Source: Hydrurus foetidus (taxonomy: Eukaryota). From it: a DNA stretch of 64,000 nt. Below, in pieces: positions 39,130 through 48,929 of the stretch; positions within the stretch are counted from its first letter, which is position 1; each line of letters opens with the position of its first letter. The DNA lies in assembly GCA_900617105.1 (NCBI GenBank), contig UYFQ01000001.1, positions 1,550,001 through 1,614,000 of the forward strand. The letters are read 5' to 3'. A model generated the notes under the pieces. That model was not told the DNA's origin, did no database searches, and saw only the letters and a list, made by a program, of their open reading frames with translations. The position numbers and the translations under genes were made by a program.

Positions 39130-41097
39130 CTAGAACTTAACCCGCACCGACGCAGTCAGCACCCGCCCGGCTTCAGGGTAGATGGCAGTCGTTACGCCAG
39201 CATTGCAACCATAAGCCTGTGTGTAGAACTTGCGGTTCATCAGGTTGGCAGCGCCGATGGCGAATTCAGCATTTTTCCATTCAATGGCGTAGCGCGCATC
39301 AACCGTCGAGTACGCCGGTATCTTGCACAAATTACTGAAATCAGCGCTTTGGGTTGACACCCAATTGACGCCCGCATTCAGCGACTGGCCAGGAGCAAAG
39401 CGCCAGTCAGCGCGAACCGCCAGGGTTCTGCTTGGCACCAGCGCCACGTTGTTGCCCGCGTACACGCCGTCAGTAAAGCGCGCTTGACGAAAAGCCGCAT
39501 TCACACGCAGGTCCAGCGTTGAGGCCAAGGCCTGCTTGACCTCAATTTCTAAACCCTGGCGCTGCGTCGGGTCAAAGTTGACGTTGGCACCAAACGGGCC
39601 AAACGGGCCCTCACCTGCCGGGTTGTAGCCAATTTCATTTTTCAAATGGCTGCGGTACAGGCGCGCGTCTAGTTGGGTTTGCGCGTTTTTGTAGCGCACA
39701 CCAAGCTCTAGATCACGTGAGGTTTGTGCTTTCAAAGGCACACCGGGCGTGGTGAATGAAAACTCATCTACGTTAGCGATTCGAAAGCTCTTGCCGACGC
39801 GCCCGTAAACGCTGGCGTTGCTGGACACTTGCTGACTGATGCCGAATTCAAAGGCGCGCTGACGATCGTTCAAGTCACTCAATGAAGACGCCTCGGTGCG
39901 TTCGAGTTTTTCAGACCGTATGCCCACGCTCAGGCGTGTGCCGCTGGCGGGAATCGCCAACTCGTCCTTGAAGTAAACAGCCGATGAATTCGCGGTGGCC
40001 AGAGTGCCGATGGGCGTGAAACTCGACGCCGTGATGGTGCGGTCCCAATTGGCATTGTCGTAGCCCACCGTCAGCACGTTGCCAAGGCTGCCGATTTTGC
40101 CTTCGTGCCTGGCGCGAAGCCCGTAGTTGGCGGCATCAACGTCGTACCCATAGTCGCTGCCAAACGTGAAGCTCTCGTACTGCTTTTTTCGCTGGTTGGC
40201 GTCCAGTGCGAACTGCCATGCACCCACACTGATTTCAGCGAAAACGCCTGCGTTTTGCTTTTTGGTGTTGCCGAATTCGGTGAGTGAGTTGGCTTGTTTG
40301 GGATTTTCGGCATACTGCTCAGCCTTCAAAGAGCCCGGCAAGCCGCTTTTCAAATCAGCACGGCCCGCGCGAGCACCGATGCGCAGCCATTCATTGGTCC
40401 ATTGCGCGGTAGCTGCCAATGAATTTGACCCGGACGCAAAGTTCTCGCGGTGGCCGTCGCTGCGGCGGTCGTCAGCTGATACATCAAGTGAAAATCCGCT
40501 TGCCGCAACAGTGAATGCACCGCGCACATCGCGCAAGCCGTTGGAGCCCACAGCGCCATACAACTGAGCTGAATTTTTACGTTGCAGGCCGATTCCTGAT
40601 TTTGTGGTTACTACGATCACGCCGCCGCTGGCACCCTCGCCGTACAGCACGGCGCCAGAGCCGCGCAGCACTTCAATTTTGTACACCGACTCAATGGGAA
40701 TCGACGCCAAGCCGGTGCCGGACAGATCGGCTTCGTTCAATCGCAAACCGTCGACCACCACCACCTGGTTGCTGTCTGCAGTTACGCCGAAGCCGCGCAA
40801 ATCGAGCGTGTAGTTGTTGCCGCCGGAAGTATCGAGCCGGCCCGGCACGCCTAGCAAACGGGAAATGGCTTCATTAACGGTGGTGGCACCAGACGCCTGA
40901 ATCTCTTCGGCGGTGATAACGCTGACACCAAAAGCCAGAGACGAAGCATCCTCGGCGAATCGGGTAGCAGTAACCTTGACTTCTGGCAGTGAGTTTTGCG
41001 CGTAAGCAGAACCCGATAAGACCAAGAATGAAGAAAAAGCAGCGGCCAGCGCCAATGGAAGTGCGGCACGGCGCGCACGGTAAAAACACGTTTTCAT
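39130..41097 (-). CDS. TonB-dependent receptor 2 (cobamide-regulated)
   Basis: EVKVTATR, LDLRGFG, KIEVLRGSGAVLYG, terminal F; downstream of riboswitch 2. Confidence 0.9.
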   Translation of the reverse strand: MKTCFYRARRAALPLALAAAFSSFLVLSGSAYAQNSLPEVKVTATRFAEDASSLAFGVSVITAEEIQASGATTVNEAISRLLGVPGRLDTSGGNNYTLDLRGFGVTADSNQVVVVDGLRLNEADLSGTGLASIPIESVYKIEVLRGSGAVLYGEGASGGVIVVTTKSGIGLQRKNSAQLYGAVGSNGLRDVRGAFTVAASGFSLDVSADDRRSDGHRENFASGSNSLAATAQWTNEWLRIGARAGRADLKSGLPGSLKAEQYAENPKQANSLTEFGNTKKQNAGVFAEISVGAWQFALDANQRKKQYESFTFGSDYGYDVDAANYGLRARHEGKIGSLGNVLTVGYDNANWDRTITASSFTPIGTLATANSSAVYFKDELAIPASGTRLSVGIRSEKLERTEASSLSDLNDRQRAFEFGISQQVSSNASVYGRVGKSFRIANVDEFSFTTPGVPLKAQTSRDLELGVRYKNAQTQLDARLYRSHLKNEIGYNPAGEGPFGPFGANVNFDPTQRQGLEIEVKQALASTLDLRVNAAFRQARFTDGVYAGNNVALVPSRTLAVRADWRFAPGQSLNAGVNWVSTQSADFSNLCKIPAYSTVDARYAIEWKNAEFAIGAANLMNRKFYTQAYGCNAGVTTAIYPEAGRVLTASVRVKF

Positions 41098-41117
41098 GGG
41101 TGAATCAATCAATAACA

Positions 41118-41447
41118 AAACTCTCACCGGCATCCCCGCCAGTGCATGAGCGACAAGACGACGCGCTTTTTTCAAAGCGCAGCATCACCTTGTTGGCCGG
41201 TATCCGGGCTGACGGAACTGCTTTCATCGCCTTCCCAAGTGATTTTTAAAGTCACTCAGTGGCTGAGGATGAAGGCTGAAAGCACGACCTTGGACAGGCG
41301 TGCTTTCGTCCGTTTTACCGTTGCGGGGGCAGCGCAGGTTAAAAGGCATCGCGTACTTGGCACCGGTTAAACCGGAATAAAGTCGCGCTTGCCTCCTCCT
41401 GCTTCCCGTTGAACTGCAGCGTGTGAACCACACCGCGAGCACCAACA
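41118..41447. repeat. 330-bp direct repeat, copy B
   Basis: Reads identical to 38711-39040. Confidence 0.95.
41191..41447 (-). promoter_or_regulatory. Cobalamin riboswitch 2
   Basis: Same motifs as riboswitch 1. Confidence 0.93.
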
Positions 41448-41497
41448 TCGTAGATTCTACGCTGGAGCACGCCGCAAACCCTACAATTGGCGAAGCT

Positions 41498-41740
41498 ATG
41501 GCAAACCCCACTTCCATCGAACAAATTACAGATCGCGTTGATCGGCTTCTGTTGCGCTACGAAGAAGTGCAGCGAACCAATGCGCTGCTCGCTGACGAGA
41601 TCAGCGTGTTGTCCCAAGAACGTGACTCGCTTAAATCGCGTTTAGGCGCTGCGCGCGCACGGGTCGATGCGCTGCTTGAACGCCTGCCAGAAAACGCCAG
41701 CGGCAAAGCAAATTCAGCACCTACGGGAGCTGCACAATGA
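41498..41740 (+). CDS. ZapB-like (DUF904) coiled-coil protein
   Basis: Short coiled coil ending ARVDALLERLP, coupled to zapA. Confidence 0.8.
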   Translation: MANPTSIEQITDRVDRLLLRYEEVQRTNALLADEISVLSQERDSLKSRLGAARARVDALLERLPENASGKANSAPTGAAQ

Positions 41741-42060
41741 AGCAGCTTGAAGTGCAAATCATGGGCCAAAGCTACTTGTTGGGCTGCCCGCCAGACGGTG
41801 ACGCCCGCTTGCTTGACGCGGTTAACCGGGTAGACATTGCGATGTGCAAAATTCGCGATGGCGGCAAGATCAAGGCACGCGACAGAATTGCAGTGCTGGC
41901 TGCGCTCAACCTGGCGTTTGAAGTGCCGCAACCGACGCTTGGCGCTACTTCAATAACCACAGCAACAGGTGCCGCTGCGTCTTCAGCCGATGACGCGCAA
42001 GTTGCCCTTTTGTTGCAGCGCCTGGACGCAGCGCTTGGCCAAGACGGGCAGTTGCTTTAA
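41737..42060 (+). CDS. zapA: Cell division protein ZapA
   Basis: VQIMGQSY..CP, RIAVLAALNLA. Confidence 0.92.
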   Translation: MKQLEVQIMGQSYLLGCPPDGDARLLDAVNRVDIAMCKIRDGGKIKARDRIAVLAALNLAFEVPQPTLGATSITTATGAAASSADDAQVALLLQRLDAALGQDGQLL

Positions 42061-42145
42061 CAACGGCTTTAACCGCTGGTCGACAAAGCGAGCGCTCTGC
42101 TCGCGGTAAATCGCAAATTTTTTCCAGCAGGCCTACAATCGTTTT

Positions 42146-42320
42146 TGTCTGCGGTACGCGCTGGGCTTTATATTTCCTTGAACCAATGCTTTTAATAGCA
42201 CGGGCTTGGTAAATTGCCCGGCTGGCGCGCCCGTCTCGCGTTAGACGAGCCCAAAGCCAGGCTGCCCTCGCCCACCTGAACCCCGGTTCAGGATGACGGT
42301 CCAGCGGTACTTGCAGACAC
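42146..42320 (+). ncRNA. ssrS: 6S RNA
   Basis: Follows zapA; closing stem tgtctgc/gcagaca, ccttgaacc and cctgaacc-ggttcagg elements; TACAAT -10 at 42134. Confidence 0.88.
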
Positions 42321-42417
42321 CTTTTTCAGCACCTGCGCCAAATTAATTGGTACTTTGCGTTGACTCGACAGCGTGCTCTGCTTTGGGTCTAATTGCTTGT
42401 TTTGTAAAAGCACTATC

Positions 42418-43563
42418 ATGCAGAAGATCAATATTTCAAGTACCTTGAGTAATTTGGGCAGTTTGGGCAAATTGAGTTTGGCGAGCCTGCTTTTTTGTGC
42501 AGCCGCTAGCCACGCGCAAACGCCATGGGTCATTGGCCAATCAGTCCCACTCACGGGCAGCAACGCCGCTTTCGGCATTGACATTCGAGACGGCGCCTTG
42601 GCCTATTTCAAATCGGTGAATGCAAAAGGCGGCGTAGACGGCCGCCCGATTGAGTTGGTGTCGCTTGACGACAAAAACGACCGCAAAACCGCTGGCGCAA
42701 ATGCCCAAAAGCTGTTGCAAGAAAATAAAGCAGCAGCCCTTTTTGGGTTTGCCTCGGCTACGTTGAGTTTGGATGCGATGCCGCTGGCAGAAAAAGCCGA
42801 CGTTCTGTTTTTCGCGCCTTTTTCAGGTGCCAATCCGGTCCGCAAGCCCAACCCGGTGGTATTTACTTTGCGCGCGTCTTACCCGGAAGAGCTGGAGAAA
42901 ATGCTGGCCTTTTGGACTGGCCTTGGATTAAAGCAGGTGGTGGTTGTGCACTATGACGACGAGGTAGGCAAACAGAACCTGGCTGCCGTTGTGGAGTATT
43001 TGGCCAAACAAGGCAAGCAACCCCAGTCGTTTTCTTTGCAGCGCAATGCCAAGGTGGAGCCGAGCAAACTTAACGAGCTTATAAAACTCAAACCAGAGGT
43101 GCTGATCAACACGGTGCTGTCTGGCCCTGCTGCTGAAATCAGCCGCCAACTCGTGAGCCGCGGTTTGACCATACCGATGTCCAGCCTGTCGTTTGTGGGT
43201 GCCCAGCAATTTATTACGGCCGCCGGAGAAGCTGGCGCAGGCGTCTCAATTGCGCAGGTTGTGCCCAGCGCGTCATCACCACTGCCTGTGGTGCGTGAAT
43301 GCGCCAAAGCCTTGCAAGAATCGGGCATTGCGACCCCTATGAACAGCACGCACCTTGAAGCCTGCATTGGCGCAAAAGTGTTGACAGAAGCTATGCGGCG
43401 AGCAAAGAAGCCTTTCAACGCCGAAAGCCTGATGACCTCGATGCGAAGTTTGGGCACTTACGATGCAGGCGGCTTTGTAGTGTCGTATGGCGCAACCAAA
43501 CAGCATGGCAGCAAGTTTGTTGACCTGGCCATGGTGTCCCGAGATGGCCGCCTGCGTAACTAG
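42418..43563 (+). CDS. Leu/Ile/Val-type periplasmic binding protein (orphan)
   Basis: IGQSVPLTG, NAKGGVDGRPIELVSLDD, RASY, QVVP. Confidence 0.85.
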   Translation: MQKINISSTLSNLGSLGKLSLASLLFCAAASHAQTPWVIGQSVPLTGSNAAFGIDIRDGALAYFKSVNAKGGVDGRPIELVSLDDKNDRKTAGANAQKLLQENKAAALFGFASATLSLDAMPLAEKADVLFFAPFSGANPVRKPNPVVFTLRASYPEELEKMLAFWTGLGLKQVVVVHYDDEVGKQNLAAVVEYLAKQGKQPQSFSLQRNAKVEPSKLNELIKLKPEVLINTVLSGPAAEISRQLVSRGLTIPMSSLSFVGAQQFITAAGEAGAGVSIAQVVPSASSPLPVVRECAKALQESGIATPMNSTHLEACIGAKVLTEAMRRAKKPFNAESLMTSMRSLGTYDAGGFVVSYGATKQHGSKFVDLAMVSRDGRLRN

Positions 43564-43574
43564 GCCAAATTGAG

Positions 43575-45095
43575 CTAGACCAAACCCAGCTTTTGCGCCA
43601 GCCCGATGCGCTGCAGTTTGCCGGTCGCACCTTTGGGAATTTCATCCATGATGAGAATTTTCTTGGGCACTTTAAAGTCTGCTAATTTGGTAGCGACGAA
43701 GGCGCGAATTTCTTGCTCTGTCGCTGTTTTGCCTTCACGCAGCACCACGGCGGCAGCGACTTCTTCGCCGAGTTTTTCGTGTGGCATTCCAAAAGTGACG
43801 ACCTGCGCTACTGCGGGGTGATCCATCAATATTTCGTCGACCTCGCGCGGGGAAATTTTTTCGCCACCGCGGTTGATGATTTCTTTTAAGCGCCCTGTTA
43901 GGGTCAGGTAGCCGTCTTCAGTCAGGGTGCCTTGGTCGCCGGTGCGAAACCAGCCGTTCGTAAAGCCTTCAGCGTTGGCCTTGTCGTTGTTCTCGTAGCC
44001 CAGCGTGACGTTTTCACCGCGAATTACGATCTCGCCAATATCGCCTGCGGCAAGCAACTTGCCGGTGATGTCCATGATCGCAACTTCCGGACCGGCAGCA
44101 ATGCCGACGGAACCAGGAATACGCTTGCCCGGTGGCAGCGGGCTGCTGGCCATCTGGTGCGCAGCTTCGGTCATGCCGTACGACTCGATCAACGGCGTTT
44201 TAAACACCCGCTCAAGCTCGGCAATCACCTGTGGCGGCATTGACGACGAAGACGAACGAATAAAGCGCAGCGGGTTGGCTTCAATCACGTCCATGTTGCC
44301 AGCGGCGCGCGCCAAAATGGTTTGGTGCATGGTGGGCACAGCTGTGTACCAAGTAGGCTTGCATTCTTTCATCCAGCCGAAAAACTTGAGCGCATTAAAG
44401 CCAGGTGTGCAGAAAATCATGCTGCCCACGGCCATCGGCGCCAAAACTCCAGCAATCAAGCCATGAATATGAAACAGCGGCATAACGTGCAGCTCGCGGT
44501 CCGCGCTGGTTAGCTGAAGCGTGTGGCTGATGTTGCGCGCCGAGGCACACACATTGAGGTGTGACAGCGGCACAATTTTCGGCCGTGAAGTAGTGCCCGA
44601 GGTGTGCAAAATCAATGCGACGTCTTCTGAATGGGCTGGGCCCGGTAAAGCAGCCTGGCCCTTTTGTGTTGAGACGAGTTCAAAGTTACCGGCACCTAGT
44701 TCTGGCAAGGCTTTCAGATAAATGACTGCCACGCCCTGCTTGGCCGCTACCGACAGCGCCGGGGTTTCGCTACCCACGGCCACTATCAGCGCCTTGGCTT
44801 TTAAGTCGCTCAAGTAAAACTCAAACTCGTCGGCCCGGTAGGCCATGTTGAGTGGCGCAGCCGTGCAGGCGCTGGCCACAGCTACGAAAGCGGTTGCCAT
44901 TTCAGGGCAGTTGGGCAGCACGATGCCCACACGGTCACCGCGGCCGATGCCCATGTCATTTAGGGCAGCAGTCGTTTGTGCGATGAGCAGATTCATTGCG
45001 CCGTACGACAACGGCACACCGCCGGGCGCCATCATGGCGGTGGATGCGGGCGCTTGCAGCGCCACCATTTCGTGGAGAGTGGTGAAGTGGGTCAT
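43575..45095 (-). CDS. Acyl-CoA synthetase (oxalate-CoA ligase-like)
   Basis: HTSGTTSRPK, MPLFHIHGL, YGMTEAAHQ, FRTGDQG, INRGGEKISP. Confidence 0.85.
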   Translation of the reverse strand: MTHFTTLHEMVALQAPASTAMMAPGGVPLSYGAMNLLIAQTTAALNDMGIGRGDRVGIVLPNCPEMATAFVAVASACTAAPLNMAYRADEFEFYLSDLKAKALIVAVGSETPALSVAAKQGVAVIYLKALPELGAGNFELVSTQKGQAALPGPAHSEDVALILHTSGTTSRPKIVPLSHLNVCASARNISHTLQLTSADRELHVMPLFHIHGLIAGVLAPMAVGSMIFCTPGFNALKFFGWMKECKPTWYTAVPTMHQTILARAAGNMDVIEANPLRFIRSSSSSMPPQVIAELERVFKTPLIESYGMTEAAHQMASSPLPPGKRIPGSVGIAAGPEVAIMDITGKLLAAGDIGEIVIRGENVTLGYENNDKANAEGFTNGWFRTGDQGTLTEDGYLTLTGRLKEIINRGGEKISPREVDEILMDHPAVAQVVTFGMPHEKLGEEVAAAVVLREGKTATEQEIRAFVATKLADFKVPKKILIMDEIPKGATGKLQRIGLAQKLGLV

Positions 45096-45111
45096 AAAAG
45101 AATAATTTTGA

Positions 45112-46113
45112 TTAGGAGATTTTGAGAGTTGCGTTGTGCTGCTGCAAATTCTTGGCTAGCAAGCTGGCCAGCGCGTACACAGCGTGAATGGTTGGCGTGG
45201 GGGTTTGTGTAATTTGACCGAGCTCGATGACAGCAGCCACCAGCGCCTGCAGCTCAAGCGCGCGACCCTGCTCAACGTCTTGCAGCATGGATGTTTTGTG
45301 TTGCCCTACCGCCTGCGCGCCTGCAATGCGTTTTTCCAGGCTGACCTTGAACTGTACGCCGAGCTTTTCGCCAATCGCTTGGGCTTCAGTCATCATGCTG
45401 GCGGCCAGCTCACGCGTGGGTGGGTACAAGCAAATGTCTTCGAGCGTGGCGTGCGTCAAGGCGCTAATCGGATTAAAACTTAAATTGCCCCAAACCTTAA
45501 GCCAAATTTCTGAGCGAATGTCCATGGAGACAGGTGCTTTGAAACCCGCCGCCTTGAAGGCATCGCTGATCGCCCGAATGCTGGGTGTGTCAGATCCGTC
45601 AATCTCGCCCAGTGTGAATCGATTGCCCTCAATAACTTTGATAACGCCGGGCTTGATAACTTCACTGGCCGGGTACACCACGCTGCCTATCACGCTGTCG
45701 ATGGGAATGTATTTGGCGATCTCACCGTCGGGGTCAACTGCGCGCACCGGCATGCCGGTGTAAGTGCCTGGCAGCTTGTGAAAATACCACCAGGGGATAC
45801 CGTTTTGCATCGTCACTACGCGTGTTGCGCTGTGCATCAACTGCGGCAAATCGGCGGCGACTGCTGCAACCTGGTGTGCCTTCAAACCCAAAATCACCAC
45901 GTCTTGCACGCCCGCTTCGCTGGTAGTGGAAGTAGCCTTAATCGGCTTGGCAACGAGTTCGTTGCCGTTTTCCTCAATCAACGTCAAACCGTTTTGGCGC
46001 ACGGCGTCCAAATTGGCTCCTCGCAAAATGAGCGTCACGTCATGTCCGCTTAACGCCAGCTTGACACCCAGCATGCCGCCAATGGCACCCGCGCCTACTA
46101 TGCAAATTTTCAT
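45112..46113 (-). CDS. Ketopantoate reductase family (oxalyl-CoA reductase-like)
   Basis: GAGAIG, QNGIPWWYF, WLKVWGN, HKTSMLQD. Confidence 0.85.
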   Translation of the reverse strand: MKICIVGAGAIGGMLGVKLALSGHDVTLILRGANLDAVRQNGLTLIEENGNELVAKPIKATSTTSEAGVQDVVILGLKAHQVAAVAADLPQLMHSATRVVTMQNGIPWWYFHKLPGTYTGMPVRAVDPDGEIAKYIPIDSVIGSVVYPASEVIKPGVIKVIEGNRFTLGEIDGSDTPSIRAISDAFKAAGFKAPVSMDIRSEIWLKVWGNLSFNPISALTHATLEDICLYPPTRELAASMMTEAQAIGEKLGVQFKVSLEKRIAGAQAVGQHKTSMLQDVEQGRALELQALVAAVIELGQITQTPTPTIHAVYALASLLAKNLQQHNATLKIS

Positions 46114-46114
46114 T

Positions 46115-46912
46115 TCAAACTTTTAAGCTGTTGGTATTTGACTCGTACGTATTCTTCAATACGCCAACGCCGTCTATCGACACTTCTACCACTGTACCCG
46201 GCTTGATGGGAAGTACGCCCAAAGACGTTCCGCAAGCAATCACATCGCCAGGCATCAGCGTCATCTCTTGCGACAGACACGACACGATTTGCGCTGGTGA
46301 AAAAATCATGTCGCTGCACGGGTAGTTTTGACGCTCACGGCCATTGACCAGCGTGCGTACCGTCAGCGTCTGCCAATTGAGTCCGCTGGCAATCACCGGC
46401 CCAAAAATGCCAAAGGTATCAAAGCTTTTGGCGCGGCTCCATTGGGCAAATGATGCGTCGCGCGTGAGCAGATCCAGCGCGGTTACATCATTGACGCAAG
46501 TCACGCCAAAAATCGCTTCCGATGCTTCTTCAACTGACACGTTTTTGCATTTTTTGCCTATCACCAGGCCCAACTCGCCCTCGTACACCACCCGGCCATC
46601 GTAATTAGCGGGTGCCGAAAAAGGCGCCTCGTGCGCGCAATAACTGCTTGCCGCTTTAATAAACCACAACGGCTCTGCGGGCAAGCTCAAAGCCTGCTTG
46701 ACAGCTTGCGCGTGATAGTTGTTCCACAGCCCGATGAATTTGCTGGGTACGCAGGGCAAGGCTGTGGTGACATCCGCTAGCAAAAGCAACTGCCCCGTGC
46801 GCTCAAAGTCGCCAAACATGTCGCCTTGGCACACGGCGACTTGCGCGCCTTCAAGCAAGCCAAAGCCCAACTCCCCCTGCGCCTCGTAGCGCATCCATAG
46901 CCTGACGGTCAT
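46115..46912 (-). CDS. Fumarylacetoacetate hydrolase family protein
   Basis: YEGELG, NDVTA, RAKSFDTF, GDVIACGT. Confidence 0.9.
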   Translation of the reverse strand: MTVRLWMRYEAQGELGFGLLEGAQVAVCQGDMFGDFERTGQLLLLADVTTALPCVPSKFIGLWNNYHAQAVKQALSLPAEPLWFIKAASSYCAHEAPFSAPANYDGRVVYEGELGLVIGKKCKNVSVEEASEAIFGVTCVNDVTALDLLTRDASFAQWSRAKSFDTFGIFGPVIASGLNWQTLTVRTLVNGRERQNYPCSDMIFSPAQIVSCLSQEMTLMPGDVIACGTSLGVLPIKPGTVVEVSIDGVGVLKNTYESNTNSLKV

Positions 46913-48408
46913 GCTGGTTTTGACTTCAAGCGGTTCAACACCGCACCAATCAATGGCCAAAACAGCATCAGCAATGCCAAACACGTGATGCTTGCCACCA
47001 GCGGGTTCGACACAAACACGAGCATGCTGCCGCTTGAGCCAAGTAATGATTGCCTGAAGGCGTTTTCTGCCATATCGCCAAGTACCAACGCCAACACCAA
47101 CGGGGCCAGCGGGTAGTCGAGCTTTTTAAACACATAGCCCATCACGCCAAACCCCATCATCAGCCACACATCAAACATGGAGCTGTGCACCGTGTAGGCG
47201 CCTACCGCACAAATCACCAAAATGACCGGCGCGATGATGGAAAAGGGAATCCGCAAAATTGCGGCAAACCAAGGCACGGTGAGCAACACCACGATCAGCC
47301 CTGCAATATTGCCCAAGTACATGCTGGCAATCAGCCCCCACACAAAATCTTTCTGCTCTACAAATAGCAATGGCCCTGGCTGCAAACCCCACACCAGCAA
47401 GCCCCCCAGCAACACGGCGGCGGTAGGGGAGCCAGGTATGCCCAGCGTCAACATGGGCAGCAGCGCCGCAGTGCCCGCTGCATGGGCGGCGGTTTCAGGG
47501 GCAATAACGCCTTCAATATCGCCTTTGCCAAAGTTGCCTGGGGTTTTAGAAAAGCGTTTGGCAATGCCGTAGCCCATGAACGATGCAGGAGTTGCGCCGC
47601 CGGGCGTAATGCCCATCCAGCAGCCGACCGCTGCGCTGCGAATGTAGCTCAGCCAATAGCGCGGCAATTTTTTCCAGGTTTCCAAAACCACTTTGGCGTT
47701 GATCTTGCCGTCTTTGCCTTTGAAGGCCAAGCCTTCTTCCATCGTCAGCAAAATTTCGCCAATGCCGAACAGGCCAATCACTGCAATTAAAAAGTCAAAG
47801 CCTTTCATCATCGGCTCAAAGCCGAAAGTCAGGCGCAGCTGACCTGTGACGTTGTCCATACCAATAGCGGCCAGGGTGAAGCCGAGGAACATAGCGGCCA
47901 GCGTCTTCCAGGGTGCGCCTTTGCTCATGCCTACAAAGCTGCAAAACGTCAATAGTTGCACCGCAAAAAATTCAGGCGGTCCAAATTTAAGCGCGAACTT
48001 TGCCACCAGCGGCGCTAAAAAAGTAATCATCAGTACAGCTACAAACGCGCCGACAAAAGACGACGTGAACGCCGCGGTCAGCGCCTGCCCAGCGTGGCCT
48101 TGCTGGGCCATAGGGTAACCATCGAACGTAGTGGCTACCGACCAAGGCTCGCCGGGTATGTTGAACAAAATCGATGTAATTGCGCCGCCAAACAATGCGC
48201 CCCAGTAAATACACGACAACAAAATAATGCCCGACACCGGCGTCATGCTGAAGGTCAGCGGCAGCAAAATCGCTACGCCATTGGCACCGCCCAAACCAGG
48301 CAATACGCCAATCAAAATGCCCAAAACAATACCCAAAAACATCAGCCCGATATTCACCGGGGAAAGGGCCACGGAAAAGCCCTGAAACAACGCTTGTATT
48401 TCTTCCAC
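46909..48408 (-). CDS. tctA: Tripartite tricarboxylate transporter large subunit
   Basis: GVLPGLG, NIPGEP, DGYPMA, LGIPG, PGPLL. Confidence 0.93.
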   Translation of the reverse strand: MEEIQALFQGFSVALSPVNIGLMFLGIVLGILIGVLPGLGGANGVAILLPLTFSMTPVSGIILLSCIYWGALFGGAITSILFNIPGEPWSVATTFDGYPMAQQGHAGQALTAAFTSSFVGAFVAVLMITFLAPLVAKFALKFGPPEFFAVQLLTFCSFVGMSKGAPWKTLAAMFLGFTLAAIGMDNVTGQLRLTFGFEPMMKGFDFLIAVIGLFGIGEILLTMEEGLAFKGKDGKINAKVVLETWKKLPRYWLSYIRSAAVGCWMGITPGGATPASFMGYGIAKRFSKTPGNFGKGDIEGVIAPETAAHAAGTAALLPMLTLGIPGSPTAAVLLGGLLVWGLQPGPLLFVEQKDFVWGLIASMYLGNIAGLIVVLLTVPWFAAILRIPFSIIAPVILVICAVGAYTVHSSMFDVWLMMGFGVMGYVFKKLDYPLAPLVLALVLGDMAENAFRQSLLGSSGSMLVFVSNPLVASITCLALLMLFWPLIGAVLNRLKSKPA

Positions 48409-48409
48409 G

Positions 48410-48916
48410 CTAATACCCCAAAGCAGCTTCCAGAGGGCCTTTGATCAGCGGCACCTTGAACCAGATTTCAAACATTACAAACAGCACGGCCACCACGATA
48501 AGAGACGTCAGCGCTGATTTAAAAAGGCTGAACTTCCCCTGCCAGCGCATGAACACCGCAATAAAAATAACCGAGGCTACATACAAGCCCAGCCACTGCA
48601 TAACTGCTACATACACCAGGCACGGCAAAAAGATAGCCAGAACCAGCTTGATGGCTGGCCGCGACACAAACGACTCAGCTTTGCTTGACCTGATCGCCAG
48701 CCATAAGTTGACCGCGCTGGCTACATTCATCAGCAAGCCAACGTAAAACGGAAAGTAGCCGCTTTGCGGGCCGTCAGCACTCCAACCTGCGCCGATCCGC
48801 GAGCTGTCCCACATGACTACGCTACCAATGATCAGGAAAAAAATCGCGGTGATGATTTCAAGCGTTCGTTTGGAGGCAGCGCTTGCCTCTGCTGCTTCGG
48901 GTGCTTCTTGTTGCAT
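48410..48916 (-). CDS. tctB: Tripartite tricarboxylate transporter small subunit
   Basis: GP..GYFP, 4-5 TM, between tctC and tctA. Confidence 0.88.
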   Translation of the reverse strand: MQQEAPEAAEASAASKRTLEIITAIFFLIIGSVVMWDSSRIGAGWSADGPQSGYFPFYVGLLMNVASAVNLWLAIRSSKAESFVSRPAIKLVLAIFLPCLVYVAVMQWLGLYVASVIFIAVFMRWQGKFSLFKSALTSLIVVAVLFVMFEIWFKVPLIKGPLEAALGY

Positions 48917-48929
48917 GAAATTCTTTGGT

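Noticed and set aside
38739..39357. Short ORFs duplicated around the riboswitches (74, 73 and 113 aa, with twins at 41146-41517)
   Set aside because: Incidental frames across the duplicated riboswitch; no protein features
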